From a virus (Duplodnaviria; Caudoviricetes): a stretch of 43,130 nucleotides of DNA. Positions 16,542 through 26,327 of the stretch are shown here, piece after piece. Below the pieces are notes generated by a model. The model saw only the letters and a program-made list of their open reading frames with translations. It was not told the DNA's origin and did not search any database. The first letter of the stretch is position 1. Each line of letters opens with the position of its first letter. Both the position numbers and the translations under genes were made by a program. The DNA lies in IMG/VR virus record IMGVR_UViG_3300037313_000786, positions 1-43,130 of that record; one strand, 5' to 3'.

Positions 16542-19500
16542 TACGCGCCCTTCCGCGATACCGTCGCCACGGCCTCACGCACCATTCCGGCCTGCTGGAG
16601 CGCCGTCCTGCGATCCCGTCGCGGGTCGCCCGTGTTCGGGGCCATGACGCTGATGTGATAGTGGGAGTCGCCGTTGCTGTTGGCTGGAACCGAGACCTTC
16701 GGCACGCGCGGGATGACCGCCAGCGTTTCGCCGCGCGTCACCATCGCCAGGGGCTTGCCGTTGAGAGAAAGCACATTGCTGTCGCCACCGCCCATGCCGC
16801 CGAGCGTCATCGCCCCGCCGCTCGCGAACGCCGGAATCGCGCCCGCGAACACGCTCCCGCCGCCTCCAAGCAGACCAGAGCCGAGGCCGAAGTCCATTCC
16901 AGCCGCCGAGCCGAAGCTTGCTCCACCAGCAGCGAACGGCGAAGTTCCAGTCCCCAGCAGACCAGCGCCCATGCCGAAGTCCATGCCTCCGGTTCCGGTG
17001 ACTGCCTGAATGGCTTTCAGGACGAGCATCTTGACGATGATCGCCGTGATCTGCGCAATCATGTCCTGCGCGACCTGACGGAAGGCATCGCCCATGCTCT
17101 GCGTGCCGGAGACGACAGCCGAGATGCCGTTGACCAACCCGTTGAGGCCTTCGACCTCGACGTTTTGCAGCGCTTCGTTGACCTGATCCGCAGTTTGCGG
17201 AATGCCGTCCAGATACGTTTGCAGCGGACCCCTGTTCTGCTGATCGATGACCCGTCCCTGTGACGCTTTCTCGGCAGGCAGGCGGTTGATTTGCTCCTGT
17301 AGCCGGGCGGCTTCGGCGACGTTGCCAGCAAGCTCCGCCTGCGCCTTCAGCGACTTTAGGTGCTCTTCCTTCTCCTGGTAAACCAGGTCGAGAATCTGCT
17401 TTTCGATGGTCTTGCGCTCGTTGGTGGTCTTGGCGAGCGATTCCTTGTTGTGCAGCAGCTCGATCGCGAACTCGTAGCTGTCCTGATCGCTCTGGTCCTG
17501 ATCGCGAAGCGCGTTGATCTGCTTCTGGACTTCAATGTTGGCGATCTTCTGCGCCGCGACCTGTTCAACCTTGCCCTTGAGGATGTCAGCCTGCGCCTGG
17601 CTTAGCTTGCCTTCCTCGACATCGTTCTGGATCGCATTCTCGGCGCGCTTCGCTTCTGCCCGAACCAGTTCTTCCGCATATTCCGCCTGCCGCTGCGTAT
17701 CATCGACCAGCGCCATCTGCGCTTGCAGAAGCTGGTCGTTGAGCTGGTCGGAACGCTCCTCGAAGCTGTTGTCGTTGCGGATTTGCCGCGCTTGTTCGGA
17801 CTGCGCCGAACGCTCCGAAGCCGCCGCGTTGGACCGGCTTCCCTCGATGTGGAAGTGGCCTTTTTCCTTATAGACGGCAGTGAGCGAAACGCCCTGACTG
17901 CCGTAAATCTTCTTCAGCTTCTCGGGGGTGAGGCCATCGGCAAAGGCAATGTCCAGCGCCCACTTGCCGTTGATGCCCTCGTGGGCGGATGTGCCTGGAC
18001 GCGCAACCGGATTGCCGGGGCGGTTGACCGAAGGATCGTTGTAGAGAGACGCCTGCTTTGCGGTCGAGCGATAAGCGCTGGTGACGGTCAGACCGGCAGA
18101 CTTGGCGATCTGCGCCGCTTCGTCAAAGCCGATCTGCTTGCCAAATTCGCCAACGCCTTTCTTCGCATCACGCGCTGCCTTTGCAGCGGCATCCAGCGAC
18201 TTCGCCATCGCGTTGACGCTCTTGGTGTAGGCGTCGGGGCCGATCTTGCCCTGAACCAGCGCCTGCGTGAGCGAGACGATGTTCGTCCCGACGCCCTTGA
18301 TACTGGCACCGGCAGAAGCCGCTTCGTCGGAAGCCTTGCGGGCGCGCTCCAGCGCTGACTCGACAGGCGCAAGGCTGTCGGCGAGCTTCTGGTTGGTCTT
18401 GGCCGTTTCCTCGATGCGACCGCGCGCCACATCGTAAAGCTGAGTCAGTGCCGCAGACGCACTCGCAGCCGCATCCGCCATGTCGCGCGCAATCGGAATG
18501 GATGCATCGCGAATGGTGCGCTGGCTTTCGACAATGCCCGACTTGAGCTTGCCGATATCCTCATTGACCTTGGCGATCTGCCCATCAACGCGGGCAAGGG
18601 CAGCGCGGATCGCAGCCTCGTCTTCCGGCGTAATAAGCGGGTTTTCCAGCCCTGATGCAATACCGGAACGGCGCTGCTTCAGGCCCGCGAGCTGACGTTC
18701 GCGATCGGCAAGCTGGCCCTGCTGGCCCTCCAGCCGCTTCTGCGCCGCATCGAGGTTCTGGCGGTTCTGGATCGCCTCTACGCGGATCGACTGCTCGATC
18801 TCGTCGCGGAGCTTCTTCTGCGCCTCGCGAACACCATCGATCGAGTTGGCCCAAATCTTGTTCGCCCGCTCGTTGAGAGAGGCCTGGTCCGCCTCCTTCT
18901 TCATCTTGGCGACAAGATCGCTGACGCTCTCTGCGGCGTCCTTGTGTCGTGACGAGAGGAGAACCAGAAGCGAAGTAGCGACAGAAAGCGCCAATCCCCA
19001 CGGACCCGCGAGGATGGACAGAAACTTGTTGGTCCCGCCGCCCATCAGCTGAAGCGTCTGGATGACCTGACCGCCCTGCTGGGCGAAGATGGTCATCGGC
19101 CTCACGCCAAGGGCGAAGCCCTGCGCCACGTCGCCGATCTGGAACGACAGCTGCTGCATTCCGGAGCGCAACTGCCCCGATGCACCGCCAACGCGCCCGA
19201 ACGAACCGATCTGGCTATCCAGTTGGGATTTCAGCCCCGCCTGGACCTTGGCGAACTCCTGCGCCGATAGGGAGCCCGTTTTGTAGAGCTGGTTGGCCTT
19301 TTCCAGTTCCGTGTCGTAACGGTGCTGCGCGGCGAATAGCGGATCGATGGAGGCAAGCAGCCCCTTCGCCGCCTTGTCCCCGGCGATGAACGCCTGCGCC
19401 GAATCCTCAGCAGACTTCCCAATCCGCGAGAACGCCTTGTCCACGCGGGACAGGGACGCATCCATCGCCGTCGCGTCGTTGGCGACTTGCCGCGCGAGCG

Positions 19501-19573
19501 ACTGGAGATTGCGCTGGGCCACGGCAACGGACGCATCCACCTGAAGGAGTAGCTGGCGGGCGTCTGTTGCCAT
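16541..19573 (-). CDS. Tape measure protein with an internal M15-type peptidase domain
   Basis: 1010 aa helical protein, QQGGQ motif; TSAYRS...SAH...ALD...HFH. Confidence 0.9.
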   Translation of the reverse strand: MATDARQLLLQVDASVAVAQRNLQSLARQVANDATAMDASLSRVDKAFSRIGKSAEDSAQAFIAGDKAAKGLLASIDPLFAAQHRYDTELEKANQLYKTGSLSAQEFAKVQAGLKSQLDSQIGSFGRVGGASGQLRSGMQQLSFQIGDVAQGFALGVRPMTIFAQQGGQVIQTLQLMGGGTNKFLSILAGPWGLALSVATSLLVLLSSRHKDAAESVSDLVAKMKKEADQASLNERANKIWANSIDGVREAQKKLRDEIEQSIRVEAIQNRQNLDAAQKRLEGQQGQLADRERQLAGLKQRRSGIASGLENPLITPEDEAAIRAALARVDGQIAKVNEDIGKLKSGIVESQRTIRDASIPIARDMADAAASASAALTQLYDVARGRIEETAKTNQKLADSLAPVESALERARKASDEAASAGASIKGVGTNIVSLTQALVQGKIGPDAYTKSVNAMAKSLDAAAKAARDAKKGVGEFGKQIGFDEAAQIAKSAGLTVTSAYRSTAKQASLYNDPSVNRPGNPVARPGTSAHEGINGKWALDIAFADGLTPEKLKKIYGSQGVSLTAVYKEKGHFHIEGSRSNAAASERSAQSEQARQIRNDNSFEERSDQLNDQLLQAQMALVDDTQRQAEYAEELVRAEAKRAENAIQNDVEEGKLSQAQADILKGKVEQVAAQKIANIEVQKQINALRDQDQSDQDSYEFAIELLHNKESLAKTTNERKTIEKQILDLVYQEKEEHLKSLKAQAELAGNVAEAARLQEQINRLPAEKASQGRVIDQQNRGPLQTYLDGIPQTADQVNEALQNVEVEGLNGLVNGISAVVSGTQSMGDAFRQVAQDMIAQITAIIVKMLVLKAIQAVTGTGGMDFGMGAGLLGTGTSPFAAGGASFGSAAGMDFGLGSGLLGGGGSVFAGAIPAFASGGAMTLGGMGGGDSNVLSLNGKPLAMVTRGETLAVIPRVPKVSVPANSNGDSHYHISVMAPNTGDPRRDRRTALQQAGMVREAVATVSRKGA

Positions 19574-19576
19574 GCG

Positions 19577-19699
19577 TCAGTCCTCCGAAGGGGAATTGGC
19601 TTCCTGCCAAATTTCGTAGGCAGCGAAGAACTCGTGTGGAGTGGCCCGCCAGAATTGATCGGCAGTCCAATGGAAGGCGTAAGCGGCAACGCCCATCAT
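19577..19699 (-). CDS. Tail assembly chaperone, frameshifted (GT) part
   Basis: W.ADQFWRATPHE motif; in the -1 frame after GGGGGAA. Confidence 0.75.
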   Translation of the reverse strand: MMGVAAYAFHWTADQFWRATPHEFFAAYEIWQEANSPSED

Positions 19700-19719
19700 G
19701 CGGCGACGAGGATCGGCGT

Positions 19720-20115
19720 CTAAATCTCCGTCGCCTTCGCTTCCCCCGAGGCCGTATAGCCCCCGGACAGCGCGGCAGTCAGGACAACCGCGAGGCGCAC
19801 GCCGATCTTCGGCTTGCCTTCCTCGAAGATCATCTTCTCCAGCTTCTCCGCCTTCGCACCGAGGTAGCTGGACTTCAGCGGATCGTCCGGGTTGGCCTTG
19901 CCGTATTCGCGCATCATCTCGGCGCAGATGATGCCCATGTCCTCATAGGTGAGGTTCTGCTGAATCGCCTGCTGGGCAAGGTGCTCGTGGTTCTTGCCCG
20001 TCAGCCGCTCGATCCGTTTGATCGCATCGAAGGAGGGACGCAAACCATATTCGCGCCCCTCCAGCGGGATGCTGATCTCGCCGCGCAGATCGACTTCCGG
20101 CGTTTCGTAAGCCAA
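19720..20115 (-). CDS. Tail assembly chaperone (G)
   Basis: Between tail tube and tape measure; slippery site at 3' end. Confidence 0.8.
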   Translation of the reverse strand: MAYETPEVDLRGEISIPLEGREYGLRPSFDAIKRIERLTGKNHEHLAQQAIQQNLTYEDMGIICAEMMREYGKANPDDPLKSSYLGAKAEKLEKMIFEEGKPKIGVRLAVVLTAALSGGYTASGEAKATEI

Positions 20116-20125
20116 GAGTCACCCG

Positions 20126-20548
20126 TTACGCGAGTTCGTCGGTGGTCGGCGCAGCGGACGCAACCAGCGTGCCGGTTACCTTCACCGCATCGTTCTGGCC
20201 CATCGAGCTGTTGAAATCCGTGACATACATCGCGCACTCGAACACCACCGTCGAGCCGGTCTTGACCTGGAAGTTCCACGGCTGCGGATCGGTCGAAAGC
20301 GCCTGCGCCTCAAGCTCGGCGTAGCCGTTGGCATCGGGCAGGTCGGGGATCAAGTTGAACGCAATCGACAGCGTTTTCAGGCCGGGGGCCTGCGTGCCGT
20401 AAGGGAAGTTGTCCTTGGTCGAGGTGTCGATCGTCTGTGCCTGGCGGCTGATCGACAAGTCCTGCTGTCCGGCAATTTCGTAGAACGCTTCGGTGCCGCC
20501 GCCGTCGCCGATGAACAGGCGGTAGCTATTGCCAAGCTTCTTGGCCAT
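20126..20548 (-). CDS. Major tail tube protein
   Basis: IAG....ISRQAQTIDTSTKD..PGLK motif and synteny. Confidence 0.85.
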   Translation of the reverse strand: MAKKLGNSYRLFIGDGGGTEAFYEIAGQQDLSISRQAQTIDTSTKDNFPYGTQAPGLKTLSIAFNLIPDLPDANGYAELEAQALSTDPQPWNFQVKTGSTVVFECAMYVTDFNSSMGQNDAVKVTGTLVASAAPTTDELA

Positions 20549-20636
20549 TTCACTGTCTCCATCTTTGGGAATGTGCCGCCATCACGGCGGGTTGATGTGA
20601 TGGCTTGCCTCCCCCGAAGGGTTTGCCGGTGGCAAC

Positions 20637-21032
20637 TCAGGCGGGCTGAACGATCGTCTCGAACCGTTGCGTGCCCATGTATGTCACCCCGTCCTCAAGC
20701 TCCTCGACATCCGAGGAGACGAAAACGGGATCGGAAAGAAGCGCTCCGGAAGCGGTGATCGCCTGCCCGTCCAGGGCATCGCGAACCGCCGTCTGGATTG
20801 CGAACAACTCAGTCCTCTTGGGGCCGCGATACAGCGTGACGATCTCGACCGTCGCCCGGTCCAATCCACCGGACTTGCCCCCAATCGGTTCGAACGACAC
20901 GTCGCCGATGATGACCAGCGGCGGTTCGGTGTCCTCGATCACATGCTGCGTCACCGGAGCTAGATCGGTCACCGATGAAACGTTGAGCGCGTTGTAAACT
21001 GCTGTTTGCGTTGCGGTCAGGAGGTCACTCAT
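20637..21032 (-). CDS. DUF3168 tail terminator
   Basis: Synteny; P.V.IG motif. Confidence 0.8.
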   Translation of the reverse strand: MSDLLTATQTAVYNALNVSSVTDLAPVTQHVIEDTEPPLVIIGDVSFEPIGGKSGGLDRATVEIVTLYRGPKRTELFAIQTAVRDALDGQAITASGALLSDPVFVSSDVEELEDGVTYMGTQRFETIVQPA

Positions 21033-21468
21033 CGCTCACTCCCGCCGCCCTTTTGAGAACCCGATCCCACAGGGCGCGGAACGGCGCGTAAAGCTGCTCG
21101 CGGCTGTAGGGGTAGATGAAGTTGCGCGGAGCCATCCCGCGAATCTTCATCAGGTAGGTTTTTCCGCCCCTGCGTCGCGCCCGGACCGTCTGCCCCCTGC
21201 GGCCCGACTGGATGATCCGTCCGTAGAACAGCTTGCGGTTGATCGGCTTGCCGATAAGCCCGGCCTGGAGCCGCAGCGACTTGGGCAGAACCTTCATCGA
21301 CAGCGCGCGGTTCAGAGTTCCCGTCCGCTTGGGAACCCGCGCACTCTGCTCGGTCAGGACTTGTGCCCCCGTCTCCTGTAGGAGATTGACCATTTCCGAT
21401 TTTGCCGCGTCGGGAAGCTGCTTGATGAGCTTGATGAACGCCCGGTCGCCACGAACCCGTCTAGGCAC
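21025..21468 (-). CDS. HK97 gp10-like neck protein
   Basis: PKRTGTL, FYG and M.PRNFI.P motifs. Confidence 0.8.
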   Translation of the reverse strand: MPRRVRGDRAFIKLIKQLPDAAKSEMVNLLQETGAQVLTEQSARVPKRTGTLNRALSMKVLPKSLRLQAGLIGKPINRKLFYGRIIQSGRRGQTVRARRRGGKTYLMKIRGMAPRNFIYPYSREQLYAPFRALWDRVLKRAAGVSDE

Positions 21469-21790
21469 CCTGCGGAGCCTCCGTCGAAGCAATGATCGTG
21501 GTCCACTGCCGCGTTCCGGCCTTGTCCTCTGCCGACTGAACGTTGAGCTCCCGCGTGCCCCACAGGATTTGCATGGCGGGCTCGATGTCCGTCCGGTGAC
21601 GAACCGTGATCTGGAACGTCGAGATGCCCTGGAGCACCTGCCCCAGAACCGCCTCGCGTCCGTTCATGCTGACAATGTTCGCCCATACTTCCGCGACCGT
21701 TGACCATGTGCGGTCGTAACCGCCCTTTCCATCCGGCGTGTTGGTCTCACGCTTGATGGTGATGCGGTCGCGGAGTTGGCCGGCGTTCAT
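21461..21790 (-). CDS. Head-tail joining (closure) protein
   Basis: AG.LRDRITI...DG.GG...W...VWA. Confidence 0.88.
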   Translation of the reverse strand: MNAGQLRDRITIKRETNTPDGKGGYDRTWSTVAEVWANIVSMNGREAVLGQVLQGISTFQITVRHRTDIEPAMQILWGTRELNVQSAEDKAGTRQWTTIIASTEAPQGA

Positions 21791-22203
21791 CAGGCAGCCG
21801 CAACGCCCGCTTCGTGAATCTTCACGTCGATGACGGTCGTTGACGTGGCGACGCCGATCACGGCGGTGTAATTGCCGGTCGTGAGGTCTGCGGCGGGGCA
21901 GATTCCCCCGGCAGTTGCGCTAAGGCAATAGATGCCCGAAGCCGCGACAGTCGCGCCGATGGTGATCGGGCCTGCGGTGAGCACGGCGAGCGGCTGACCG
22001 GACGCTGCGGCGTGGAGCGCGATACCGTAGGGCGAGCGAACGGCAGCGGTGCCGCTGTCGCAATCGGCCAGCTTCAGCGTGTCGGTCGCGCCGTCGTGAT
22101 ACACCACCTGCCCGGCGGTGATCGACGCGCCTGCGGTTCCATCGACGACGGTTGCGGTCGAACCGGCAACGACATTCGCGGCGGTAATCGTAAGGTCAGC
22201 CAT
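21790..22203 (-). CDS. Capsid cement/decoration-like protein
   Basis: Ala/Gly/Thr-rich, AG..ITAGQVVY motif; located in head module. Confidence 0.55.
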   Translation of the reverse strand: MADLTITAANVVAGSTATVVDGTAGASITAGQVVYHDGATDTLKLADCDSGTAAVRSPYGIALHAAASGQPLAVLTAGPITIGATVAASGIYCLSATAGGICPAADLTTGNYTAVIGVATSTTVIDVKIHEAGVAAA

Positions 22204-22265
22204 GTGATTCGGGCTCCATCAAGGGATACGGCGTCTCGCGACGCGGGGGCCTTGCCGAAGGGCTT

Positions 22266-22808
22266 TCAGAAGCGGCGGTAATTGGCGAGCAGGGCCATCG
22301 CTCCGTCTGGCAATGCCCCGGAAGCGCGGTCGTCATACCATTGCGAAATCGTCAGGAGCATCGCGTGCTTGATCGTTGCGGGAACCGATGCGTAACCCGC
22401 CGAAGCGGTCACGGTGATCGCGTCCGCCGCACAGCGGATGGCAGGCCAGCTCTGGTTGACCTTGAGGCGGATGAGCGGTTCAAGGCCGACCAGAACGGTC
22501 TCGTAAACGTCCGTTGAAAGAGTCTGTGAATTGCCGTCCGGATCGAGATAGGTAATCCCCGAAACCGAGGCGATCGGCGCAATCGGAAGATCATAGAGAT
22601 CGCACCAGTCGCGCGCCCGCAGAACTGCCGTCTGCGATACCAGCTTGGTCCCGGTATATTGCTCGACAAGTGTTCTGGCGGTCTCGATGTAATCGGTCAG
22701 CAGACCGTCATCGTCCGCTCCGTCCACGCGGCACTGAGCCTTGGCTTCGGTTAGCGTAAGCGGCTCAGAGGCCGGTTCGACGGTGACAACGACGGGAAGC
22801 CAGCTCAC
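22266..22808 (-). CDS. Head-tail connector (gp6-like)
   Basis: EPLTLTEAKAQCRVD and VP.TIKHAMLL motifs. Confidence 0.88.
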   Translation of the reverse strand: MSWLPVVVTVEPASEPLTLTEAKAQCRVDGADDDGLLTDYIETARTLVEQYTGTKLVSQTAVLRARDWCDLYDLPIAPIASVSGITYLDPDGNSQTLSTDVYETVLVGLEPLIRLKVNQSWPAIRCAADAITVTASAGYASVPATIKHAMLLTISQWYDDRASGALPDGAMALLANYRRF

Positions 22809-23035
22809 TTGCGCTTCCTCTTGGTGCCGCCCAACCGCCCACCCGCGTTGTTCTCAACGGGGCCGCGCGTCTCTTGCACGGTCTTGACCGCGCGCTCGAC
22901 CGGAGGGGCAGCCGGAACGGCTGTGCCGTTTTCGATCATGCGAATGGCTTCCGAGTCCGAGAAGCGCTCCGTTTCCTCGTTCGCATTGACCGTGAAATCC
23001 ACACCCGCGTAGCAGGTCAGCATCCGAATGCGCAT
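22805..23035 (-). CDS. Small head-associated protein
   Basis: GGAG RBS; EA.RMIE.G.A motif. Confidence 0.6.
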   Translation of the reverse strand: MRIRMLTCYAGVDFTVNANEETERFSDSEAIRMIENGTAVPAAPPVERAVKTVQETRGPVENNAGGRLGGTKRKRK

Positions 23036-23060
23036 CGGCGTCTCCACTATCGGGAAAGAA

Positions 23061-23087
23061 GAGGGCGGAGCCGAAACCCCGCCCTCA
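23061..23087 (-). terminator. Terminator after capsid gene
   Basis: GAGGGCGG/CCGCCCTC hairpin followed by TTCTTT. Confidence 0.65.
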
Positions 23088-23093
23088 AGCCAG

Positions 23094-24350
23094 TTAGCTG
23101 GCCGCGCAGATCAGGTGCTTGACAGCGCCCGTCTGGAGCAGGTCGCCGTCCACGCGGACGATGCCTGCGAGGCCGATGTTCGGCCAGTAGTATTCGCGCC
23201 GGACGCCGATGACCGGCGCGCCTACCTTGCGGACAAGATATTCGCCGAAGTCGCCGAAAATGACGACCTTGGCGCTCACGCCGAGCGAAGCCATCGCCTG
23301 GTTCACCGAGTAAGGCGATCCCAGGATCGCGCCTGGAGCCCCGGTGCGGAAGTCGCCCATCTGCCACAGGTAGTTGCCGTTGCCGTCCTTCAGCTTGCGG
23401 ACAGCCTTGAGGGTGCTGTCGTTGAGCATGAAGCGCGCCTTCGGGCTCACCCGGTAAGCCGGATCGACCGAGTGCTGGAGGTCGATCAGCTCGTCCGCAG
23501 TGATCGCGGCGGTGCCCGCAGCGGTGACGCCGAGCGTCGAAGCGGTGACGATGCCGTTCGGATCGCCCGTACCGTCGCCCGTGGTCAGCTCGGTATTGAG
23601 CCGGCGACCAAGGCGCTTGCCGAGCAGGTTGGCGATGAACTGCTCGAAATCGACCGCCGAGTCCTGAAGCAGTTCCATCGACACCTGAACCCACTCGGTG
23701 TCATAGGCATACGCATTCAGCGTCATCTTGGTCAGGGTCGCGTCGGAGCCGCCGTCGTCGGTCATCGCCGCCGCTTCGGTGTGCTGCGCAACCGCAACGC
23801 CCGTGTCGTCGGTCTTCGGGAAGTCGAGCGGGTTGCCCGACGCCGTGGTGATGACGGTGCAGATCGCCTCGTCATACATCGGGCCATGCATCTTCATGGT
23901 TTCGCTGATGCTGGCGACGAGTTCGGTCGGAACGGTGTAACCACCGGCACCGTTCGAGCCCGCAGTCTGCGCGCGGAACTCGGCGACACCCGCCTTGATA
24001 ACCGCCCGCTCCTCAGCCGAGATTGCCTGCGGGTCGAAACCAGCGCGGGCAAGCGACAGGAACGCATCCCGATATTCCGGGGTCTTCACGTCCTCGACGC
24101 CACGCGCCTCACCGCCCTGGTCTGGACGGCGCTGCTCGCGAGCCTCGGCGGCACGCGCTTCGATCTCCGCTTGGCGCTGCTCAAGCGCGATCTTCTTCTC
24201 GATGGCATCGAACTCAGCCATGATCTTCTCATGGCGCTGTTCGAGTTCCGAGGCGCGGCTCTCGTCGGTGTTGGCCGTAATCTCGTCGAGGGCCTGACGC
24301 GCCTCGCTGACAAGCTGGCCGCGCTTGTCCTGCATCTCCGTGAGATTCAT
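23094..24350 (-). CDS. HK97-fold major capsid protein
   Basis: Coiled-coil delta domain; GGYTVP, ELLQDS, LKDGNG.YLW and FGDF motifs. Confidence 0.95.
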   Translation of the reverse strand: MNLTEMQDKRGQLVSEARQALDEITANTDESRASELEQRHEKIMAEFDAIEKKIALEQRQAEIEARAAEAREQRRPDQGGEARGVEDVKTPEYRDAFLSLARAGFDPQAISAEERAVIKAGVAEFRAQTAGSNGAGGYTVPTELVASISETMKMHGPMYDEAICTVITTASGNPLDFPKTDDTGVAVAQHTEAAAMTDDGGSDATLTKMTLNAYAYDTEWVQVSMELLQDSAVDFEQFIANLLGKRLGRRLNTELTTGDGTGDPNGIVTASTLGVTAAGTAAITADELIDLQHSVDPAYRVSPKARFMLNDSTLKAVRKLKDGNGNYLWQMGDFRTGAPGAILGSPYSVNQAMASLGVSAKVVIFGDFGEYLVRKVGAPVIGVRREYYWPNIGLAGIVRVDGDLLQTGAVKHLICAAS

Positions 24351-24442
24351 GTTCTTGCGTCTTTCTATGAGAAAGCGCCGTCATCGCGACGGTGCGGATC
24401 GCCTTTCCCAAGGGCCGGTTAGGGCTCGGCGTGAAGCCGGGA

Positions 24443-25069
24443 TTATTCGGGCTTGATGCCCCGAAACTTTTGTTCAGCAGCTGCGCGGCGGGCAGCGATG
24501 CGTGCCTTTGCGTGTTCCGCATTACGCTCGCGAAGCTCGCGCTCAGCACTTTCGCGTGCGTCTTCCAGCGAGCGAAGGGCAATCTCCGCGCCATCATACG
24601 CGGGCGAATTGACCACAGAGACATCTTGCACGAACTCGAAATCCGTAAGGCTGCGAAGGGCGAGACCGTCACCACTATAATCCCACGTCTGACCGTCTCT
24701 CGCCGCACGGAAGGCGAAGCTCATGCCGCTCATAAGTTTGTTACGAAGTTTGGGAACGATCCTCTGCACATCGGGATCGGTTCCGTCGAGCGTAGCCTCA
24801 ACCTTGAGGCCACGACTATCTTCGGATAGTGAAAGGTTGCCAGCAGACCTGCGTGCCAGCGGAAGCCCCTCGTGGTTGACGAGGAAAACGACATCATCGC
24901 CACGAGAAATTGCGCTTCGGAATGCCCCAGGCACGACTCTTTCGCGGAACAGTCCGCCGATTTCGGTTTCCTTGTTGAAAACAGCCGCATAGCCCGACAC
25001 CCGGATTGTGCCGTCGTCCTGAGACCGGATTTCAAGACCGTCAGTGAGCGACCTACGCTCCATTGTCAT
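24443..25069 (-). CDS. HK97 prohead protease
   Basis: GYAAVF, NH, MSFAF and DVSVV..PAY motifs. Confidence 0.92.
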   Translation of the reverse strand: MTMERRSLTDGLEIRSQDDGTIRVSGYAAVFNKETEIGGLFRERVVPGAFRSAISRGDDVVFLVNHEGLPLARRSAGNLSLSEDSRGLKVEATLDGTDPDVQRIVPKLRNKLMSGMSFAFRAARDGQTWDYSGDGLALRSLTDFEFVQDVSVVNSPAYDGAEIALRSLEDARESAERELRERNAEHAKARIAARRAAAEQKFRGIKPE

Positions 25070-26327
25070 TATTCCCCCCATCGGCGGGCGGTGGCGTTCC
25101 CGTTGGTTTCTCCCCGCTCTTTTCAAGCGGGACAGTAGCCCCTTGGATGTAGAGTTTGTCCGCAGCCGGGTTGGAATCCTCTTCCTGCCCCATGTATTTG
25201 CGGCCTTCGTTCGGCTTATAAACGGCGGCGTTGACCAAGGCGGCGACCGCATCGGCGCGCGTCTTGAAGTCGCCCCTCAGCAGCCCGTCCAGGTTGTGCT
25301 CGACGTAGCGCCCGCCGTTCCTTTGCCCGAACAGCTTGAGGTTGCATTCTTCCTCGAAAGCCTGCGCCCACTGGCCGACCAGGTGCTTGACGAAGAACAA
25401 GTCCTGCTGCTCGGAATTGGAGAACGTCCCGTTGGTCAAGTCCTGGAGGAACACGGGCGGCATGTTGTAGAGCCGCGCGATCTGCTCGACCGCGAACCGC
25501 TGCCCCTCGACCATCTGCCCCTTCTCGGGGTCGAAACCGATCTGCTTGATGTCGTATCCGGTCGGCAACGGGAAGAGCTGCTTGCCTTCCTGCTTCGCCA
25601 CATCGATCAACTGCGAGATATCGTTGACCATCCGCTTCGTGACTTCAGGGCCGGAGCCCGGAGGACCGACAACCGCAAGCGGGAGAACGCCACCGCGCGC
25701 AAACACGCCGCTGCCGTAGCTGTTCATCGCCAAGGCGAGCTGGATAACCGCAGCGCCCTGCGCGACGGGGCCGTAATGGCACAATCCATCAGCCTTGAGC
25801 ATGAACGGAACGTCTATGATTTCCGACGCCTGATACGTCTTTGGCCCGACCTGGTAAGTGGTTACGCCGGTCGGCGTGCGCTTGATCTTCGCCTTGTTCG
25901 GGTCGATCGGCCAGAGAGCGACGATATTGCTCCCCGAGCGCTCGATGTAGAGCAGCCCGCGCCCCCCGGTGAACACCTGCTGCCAGAAATGCTGGCGAAG
26001 CTTGAACGAGGTCCATTCCGGGTTTGGCGCTTCGTGGATCAGCGTCTCCAGCCCGCCCTTGATCCGCTCAGCCTTGTCATCGACGTTGCGGAAGGCGTGC
26101 AGAGGCAGGGCCGCCAAAGTCCGCGACAGGAACGACACCGCGGCCCATACTGCGGGAACGGTCAAAGCCGTTTCAATCGTCACCGATGGCAGCGAAACGT
26201 CACCGATCCCAAGCACGTTGAGGATATTCGAGTTCGGTCTCTCAATGCTGTCGTTCAGGCCGGGAAGCGTTGTCATCATCCGCTGCTCGGGAAGCCCGAG
26301 TGCCTTGCGCAGTGACCAGCGCATCAA
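25053..26327 (-). CDS. HK97-family portal protein
   Basis: PNP.WT, IARLYNMPP, FSNSEQ and LLRGD motifs. Confidence 0.93.
   Translation of the reverse strand: MMRWSLRKALGLPEQRMMTTLPGLNDSIERPNSNILNVLGIGDVSLPSVTIETALTVPAVWAAVSFLSRTLAALPLHAFRNVDDKAERIKGGLETLIHEAPNPEWTSFKLRQHFWQQVFTGGRGLLYIERSGSNIVALWPIDPNKAKIKRTPTGVTTYQVGPKTYQASEIIDVPFMLKADGLCHYGPVAQGAAVIQLALAMNSYGSGVFARGGVLPLAVVGPPGSGPEVTKRMVNDISQLIDVAKQEGKQLFPLPTGYDIKQIGFDPEKGQMVEGQRFAVEQIARLYNMPPVFLQDLTNGTFSNSEQQDLFFVKHLVGQWAQAFEEECNLKLFGQRNGGRYVEHNLDGLLRGDFKTRADAVAALVNAAVYKPNEGRKYMGQEEDSNPAADKLYIQGATVPLEKSGEKPTGTPPPADGGNNDNGA

Noticed and set aside
23028-26315. Long plus-strand ORFs of 464 and 423 aa
   Set aside because: Antisense shadows of capsid and portal, expected in high-GC DNA
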